A stretch of 32,000 nucleotides of DNA from Wolbachia endosymbiont of Onchocerca ochengi (GTDB lineage: Bacteria; Pseudomonadota; Alphaproteobacteria; Rickettsiales; Anaplasmataceae). A program made the translations under genes and the position numbers. The notes under the pieces are model-generated. The model was given only the letters and a program-made list of their open reading frames with translations, was not told where the DNA came from and did no database searches. The first letter of the stretch is position 1. Each line of letters opens with the position of its first letter. Positions 27,186 through 32,000 of this stretch are shown here, piece after piece. The stretch covers positions 570,001 through 602,000 of the forward strand of contig NC_018267.1 in assembly GCF_000306885.1 (NCBI RefSeq), read 5' to 3'.

Positions 27186-28402
27186 ATGATGTGCTGGATA
27201 AAGATCTATGGAACAAACTACACGAATCTTCTCGACATAAGACAAGACTCATGTTGTAAAAGTTTAGCGAATAAAGATAGGCGGGGTAACCCCATAGTTG
27301 TGCAATCTATGGTGCATGTAGATCCTAGCAGCGTAAAAAAACAGTGCTGGGCAATATTCGAAAGAAATAATAGAACTAGCTCATGCGGGTTTAGAGCTAG
27401 TACGAGTTGCTTAAAGCTCATAAGAAGTATAAATGGCAAGAGCAATACTTTATATACTAGAAGAGATAAATAAAGAGGGTTTTGATAGGTATTAGTAGGT
27501 TGCGGACAATATGAATTGATAGGTTAATTCAAAACTATTCAGAAAACATCAAAATACTAGATAAAATTAAGATAAATCTAGGTAATATAGGTTTTAGCAA
27601 TAAACGTGATAAGAAATTTGAAAGAGTTATAGAATATGAGTAAAACATGGTCTTTCTATTTACGTGAAGTACTTATAATGTCTGTCTTAGCAGTGCAAAA
27701 AAAGCTGAAAAATTGGACTCAGCTCAGACAAAATAATTATTTCTTGTAAAATGAGTAGGTGCAATATCTAATTCTAGTTTGCCTGGCACTTGCAAGGATT
27801 TCTAATTATGCTTTCTTACATAAACCAGCAAGTAATAAGGGGTGTTATAAGTACTATAGCAGGGCTTGCTTATTTATTACAAAATGGCGCTGGAGATATG
27901 ATACTATGATACGTACTTTTTTAACTTAATGTCTTGGTGAATCGCGAATTAATGAGGTGAGAGTGTGTTAAGAAATATTGCAATCCATAGCTTACACCAC
28001 TTTAACCTCAAGTTAGCTTATGTTCAGGATGTGGACGCGCATAAGTAGCGATTGTTTCCGTGTATTGACTAAAGAAGTAAATGATTACATAAAAATTTAC
28101 ATGCCGGCCTGAAAGAAAAAACAGATGTAGAACATATAAATATTGCTGTTATGAGTTGCGTCGTAAACGGTTTCGGAGAGAGTAAATATATTAATTTAGG
28201 AATTAGTTTACCTGGATATGGAGAAGAGTCAGTTTCAGCAGTTTATAAAGATGGTAAGTATTTTAAGATTTTACAAATCAACAACATATCCGAGGAATTT
28301 AAGACAATTATTGATAATTATGTGAGGAACATTTTATTAATAAATCTGAGTGTCTTTAGTTATAATCCATATACTAGTCATTTATTTTCAAAGCTTGAAT
28401 AA
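27186..28402 (+). pseudogene. ispG: ispG (4-hydroxy-3-methylbut-2-enyl diphosphate synthase) pseudogene
   Basis: IspG blocks occur in the correct order but in different frames and with stops. GNPIVVQSM is at 27285-27311. There is a frame change in an A7 run at 27335-27341. EIIELAHAGLELVRVA ends in TAA at 27412-27414. Degraded INLGNIG and GLAYLLQNGAGDMI blocks follow. CSGCGRA runs into TAA at 28021-28044. The C-terminal block is [13 protein letters not shown]. Confidence 0.85.
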
Positions 28403-30173
28403 AAGTATTATGTGGAATATTTACTACTCTTCCTATAGAATATAGCTTTTTCTTACCTTTCTTTTGCTTTTCTAAAAGCTTCATCTTCCGCGTTACATCT
28501 CCACCATAAAGTTTAGCTGTTACATCCTTTCTGTACGGATTAATTATCTCTTTGGCAATAATTTTACCACTTACTGCTGCTTGAATTATAATTTTGTATT
28601 GCTGGCGCGGTATTAAGTCTTTTAAACGAGAACATATTTCTCTTCCTCTTTTTTCTACTCTGCTTTTATGAATAATGCAGGTTAATGCGTCAACTAGTTT
28701 CCCATTGACTAAAAAAGTTAGTTTATCTACTTGACTTTCCTGATAATCGGAAACTTTCCAATCCAAACTTGAGTACCCCTTAGAAATTGATTTCAGTCTA
28801 TCATAAAAGTCAAAAACAACTTCAGACAGTGGCAGCTTATATTTTAGCAGTGTTGTTGATGTGTTACCAATATAAGATAAGTCCTTCTGTTTTCCTCTTC
28901 TCTCTTCACACAAAGATATAATTTCTCCTAAATATTGGTCAGGTGTTATTATGGTTGCAGTAATCCACGGTTCCTCAACTATCTTAATTTTTGTTAGATC
29001 TGGTATTTCATTAGAGTTATGAGTGTTCAGAATTTTGCCATTTTGTGTTGTAATTTTATATATAACACTTGGTGCGGTTACTGTTAAGCTTAAATTAAAC
29101 TCCCTTTCAAGCCTTTCTTGAATAACTTCAAGATGTAATATTCCTAAAAAACCACAACGAAATCCATAACCTAGCGCATTCGAAGTCTCAGTCTCGAAAG
29201 TAAAACTTGCATCATTTAAGTGTAATTTTTCTAGCGCTTCTTTTAAATATTTAAAGTTATCTGTTTTGTCAGGAAAAATACTACAAAATACCACAGGGTG
29301 GACTTCTTTAAAACCTGGCAATGCCTTACTGCATGGTCTTATCTCTTCGGTAATAGTGTCTCCCACTTTACAGTCTGTTACTTTTTTTATTGAAGCAGTT
29401 ATAAAACCAATTTCACCTGTTGAAAGTTCACCAGTCATGACCTTTTTAGGGGTAAAAATACCGATATTATCTACCTGATATGTAGCATTGTTAGACATCA
29501 TGATAATTCTCATGCCTTTTTTTAGTATTCCATTTTTAACTCGTACTAAAATTACCACTCCCAGATAAGTATCATACCAACTATCAATCAAAATTGCTTG
29601 TAGCGGAGCATCTATGTCACCACGTGGAGCTGGAAGCTTCGTCACTATTGCTTCTAATACATCCCTTATTCCGAGTCCAGTTTTTGCCGATATTAAAATT
29701 GAGTTACTTGTATCAATGCCAATTACTTCTCCAATTTGAAGTTTTACCATCTCTGGATCTGCAGCAGGAAGATCGACTTTGTTGAGTACAACTATTATCT
29801 CATGATTATTTTCAATTGCTCTGTATACATTTGCAAGGGTCTGAGCTTCAATTCCCTGGCTACTATCCACTATCAAAAGCGAACCTTCACACGCAGCTAA
29901 GCTTCGACTTACTTCATATGAAAAGTCAACATGACCTGGGGTATCTATAAGGTTTAAGCAATATTGATTACCATCATTTGCAGTATAGCTGAGTTTCACT
30001 GTCTGTGCTTTGATTGTAATTCCACGTTTACGTTCTATCTCCATTGAATCGAGCACTTGATTGGTCATTTCTCTTGCTTCAAGGGCATTACACCACTCTA
30101 TTAAACGATCAGCAAGAGTTGATTTTCCGTGATCTATATGTGCTATTATTGCAAAATTTCTTATTTTATTCAT
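28374..30173 (-). CDS. lepA: elongation factor 4 (translational GTPase LepA)
   Basis: 599 aa ORF with [27 protein letters not shown] and NKVDL, plus the LepA-specific C-terminal domain ending ...[14 protein letters not shown]. Confidence 0.95.
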   Translation of the reverse strand: MNKIRNFAIIAHIDHGKSTLADRLIEWCNALEAREMTNQVLDSMEIERKRGITIKAQTVKLSYTANDGNQYCLNLIDTPGHVDFSYEVSRSLAACEGSLLIVDSSQGIEAQTLANVYRAIENNHEIIVVLNKVDLPAADPEMVKLQIGEVIGIDTSNSILISAKTGLGIRDVLEAIVTKLPAPRGDIDAPLQAILIDSWYDTYLGVVILVRVKNGILKKGMRIIMMSNNATYQVDNIGIFTPKKVMTGELSTGEIGFITASIKKVTDCKVGDTITEEIRPCSKALPGFKEVHPVVFCSIFPDKTDNFKYLKEALEKLHLNDASFTFETETSNALGYGFRCGFLGILHLEVIQERLEREFNLSLTVTAPSVIYKITTQNGKILNTHNSNEIPDLTKIKIVEEPWITATIITPDQYLGEIISLCEERRGKQKDLSYIGNTSTTLLKYKLPLSEVVFDFYDRLKSISKGYSSLDWKVSDYQESQVDKLTFLVNGKLVDALTCIIHKSRVEKRGREICSRLKDLIPRQQYKIIIQAAVSGKIIAKEIINPYRKDVTAKLYGGDVTRKMKLLEKQKKGKKKLYSIGRVVNIPHNTFIQALKIND

Positions 30174-30234
30174 TAATCTACTTATTTAAGTAAAACTATT
30201 TTGTATTTTAAGTATTATTAGGACAATTATTTAC

Positions 30235-31629
30235 TTATCCTTTTAATATAGATGATACCTGCTTTGCGCAAGAAATCATTTTATTAATCATATAATTTTC
30301 GTGATTATTATCTATTTTAGACAATTCATATAAGTAATTCACCATCATTCCAGCAGATTGACTAATGCCCTTTTCAGAAGTATCTGCCATCCAGTTTAGT
30401 TGCTTTATTGATGCACCATTGCTTAAATGAAAGTGTGCCACTTGGTCATAGGCATTGCCATTATTGTTTTTAACCTTTAGTAAGTAATATGCACAAAGTT
30501 TCAGCAAGTATTGTTTTTCGTATTCAGTGTTAGTTTTTAATTGTTCTATGCTTTCTAAAATCTTTGTAATAGACTGTTTTATACCTAATTTTCCTAATAA
30601 AATAGTATCCTGCCTTAGATTTCCTTTTAGCCATTTTGTAAAGCCAGGTATCGGAGAAAGTGTTGCGTATGTTTTTATACTTTTAAACTCCTGTGATAGC
30701 TTTTCTACAACCCTTTTGATCAAGAAATTACCTAAGCTAATTCCAGACAATCCTGTTTGGGTATTTGATATTGAATAGAATATAGCAGTATTTGCATTGC
30801 TTGGATCACTTGAGGGCGTTGATTCATCTAAGAGGTATTGAATGCTATCTGCAATCTTATTCATTAATGCAACCTCTACGAAAATCAGAGGTTCATTTGG
30901 TATTTTATAATGAAAAAAGGTAAAACAGAGACGGTCAGAGTCTAGTCTATTTTTTAGATCACTCCATGAAGAAATTTTATGCACAGCTTCATACTTTATA
31001 AGTTTTTCTAATAATGATGCAGGTGAACCCCAGGTAATTTGACGAAGATCAAGTAAATCGACGTCAACCCAGGAGAGAAGTATGCTTTTTAATTCACTTT
31101 CTAATCGGTTAAGCTCTTTATATTGATTTCTTAACTTAAGTACATCAGAACGCATATCAACAATAAACTTGAGGCCTTCTGGTAAAGAAATAAATTGCTT
31201 CAATATTTTAGAACGCGGTGATTCAAGGACTTTTATCAAGTCCTGTTCAAATTTATAGTCTAACTCAGGATTCTTATTTTCCTTGTATCCTTTTATTTTC
31301 TTATCTATTTCTGCCTTGCTTGTATTAAATTTCTCTGCCAGAGTTTGTAAAAACCTTATTTTACCTTTCTCTGATAAACTTAAATACAAGTTACCGAGAG
31401 ATACAGTATTCTTACGTGCTGAGACTTCTCCTCCTTTTGGATTTAAGCACTCATTCATCTTCGAAACTAGACTATTAATATCACGACTATTATCTAAATC
31501 AGTGCCAATGTTACCAATCCACGACCTTACAGCATCTGTTACTTCACCTAGTATTTTTAAAAAGCCTTTTGCTGCTTTTTTATCTTCAACTTGCACTACA
31601 TTAGTTTTTGCTAATGATTCTTTCATCAT
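30235..31629 (-). CDS. malonyl-CoA decarboxylase family protein
   Basis: 464 aa ORF. The blocks CFTFFHYKIPNEPLIFVEVAL and AIFYSISNTQTGLSGISLGNFLIKRVV closely resemble the MCD family signature, which in human MLYCD reads AIFYSIS.TQ.GL.G..LG.FLIKRVV as I recall it. Confidence 0.8.
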   Translation of the reverse strand: MMKESLAKTNVVQVEDKKAAKGFLKILGEVTDAVRSWIGNIGTDLDNSRDINSLVSKMNECLNPKGGEVSARKNTVSLGNLYLSLSEKGKIRFLQTLAEKFNTSKAEIDKKIKGYKENKNPELDYKFEQDLIKVLESPRSKILKQFISLPEGLKFIVDMRSDVLKLRNQYKELNRLESELKSILLSWVDVDLLDLRQITWGSPASLLEKLIKYEAVHKISSWSDLKNRLDSDRLCFTFFHYKIPNEPLIFVEVALMNKIADSIQYLLDESTPSSDPSNANTAIFYSISNTQTGLSGISLGNFLIKRVVEKLSQEFKSIKTYATLSPIPGFTKWLKGNLRQDTILLGKLGIKQSITKILESIEQLKTNTEYEKQYLLKLCAYYLLKVKNNNGNAYDQVAHFHLSNGASIKQLNWMADTSEKGISQSAGMMVNYLYELSKIDNNHENYMINKMISCAKQVSSILKG

Positions 31630-32000
31630 AAACTTCTTCTATTATACATCTATATTAAACCAAAGGAGAATCTTAGTCTATACAACAGGCACCGTTATCA
31701 GATTATTATTAATTTTTATAGTATAGTTAAGGTTTGGTAGGATACTGCTATAGTAGAAGCAAAGAAAAGTCCAATGGTTATATTGAAAGCTTAAGTCGAA
31801 GATTTCAATTTTAGTAAATTAAGAGTTGTAAAGGAATAACAAAGGAACAAAATCCTTGAACACCAGTATATGATGATTTTTATAAAGTGAATTTCATTAT
31901 TAATGACGAAAATATAGACAAAACTTCAATTAACTTGTTGATAGGAAAATCTTGAAAGCAATATGCATGGATAGGATTTAAGCAAAATTTAACTAGCGCT

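Noticed and set aside
27186-27473. 95-aa plus ORF and 75-aa minus ORF (27218-27445) considered as independent genes
   Set aside because: The plus ORF contains the IspG N-terminal block GNPIVVQSM and then leaves the homologous frame. It is the first fragment of the ispG pseudogene. The minus ORF is its antisense artefact.
28151-28402. 83-aa ORF considered as an independent small gene
   Set aside because: It is the C-terminal remnant of ispG ([10 protein letters not shown]...). Its apparent Met is an internal residue of the ...IAVM... block, and its tail runs into the 3-prime end of the convergent lepA.
31283-31726. 147-aa plus-strand ORF, plus 30527-30778
   Set aside because: Both are antisense to the malonyl-CoA decarboxylase gene and are compositional artefacts.
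1-32000. Search for CRISPR arrays, tandem repeats, IS elements or transposases, integrases, prophage genes, toxin-antitoxin pairs, rRNA, tmRNA, RNase P and SRP RNA signatures
   Set aside because: I saw no regularly spaced direct repeats, no transposase or integrase motifs, and none of the conserved RNA motifs I know, such as the RNase P GAGGAAAGTCC or the SRP GGAAGCAGCC core. By-eye scanning cannot exclude diverged or small ncRNAs.

Overview
AT-rich, gene-sparse housekeeping segment from a reduced intracellular alphaproteobacterium. The gene set points to Anaplasmataceae, most likely Wolbachia: murB is present together with heme, glutathione and malonyl-CoA decarboxylase genes. That assignment is inference from gene content only. 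I support 20 intact conserved CDS: xth, hemD, tldD, polA (GTG start), hslVU, an ATP-grasp-type gshA-like gene, hemH (GTG start), ndk, znuA/znuC, ubiB, pyrE, secD, hemC, murB, lepA and malonyl-CoA decarboxylase. There is also one tRNA-Leu(CAG) and four to five lineage-restricted orphan ORFs that look like membrane or secreted proteins. About a fifth of the window is not intact coding sequence. This comprises four stop-dense gene-free blocks (1682-2774, 7900-9897, 20748-21794, 25134-26544) and a clearly recognisable, multiply disrupted ispG pseudogene (27186-28402). I found no CRISPR array, rRNA, intact IS element or prophage, and no convincing multi-gene defence or secretion system. The points most worth a second look are the ispG loss beside intact heme genes, the orphan membrane ORFs tightly flanking ferrochelatase, a secreted orphan, an N-terminally extended HslU, and the large eroded spacers. 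All homology statements come from motif recognition by eye and from remembered reference sequences, not from database searches.
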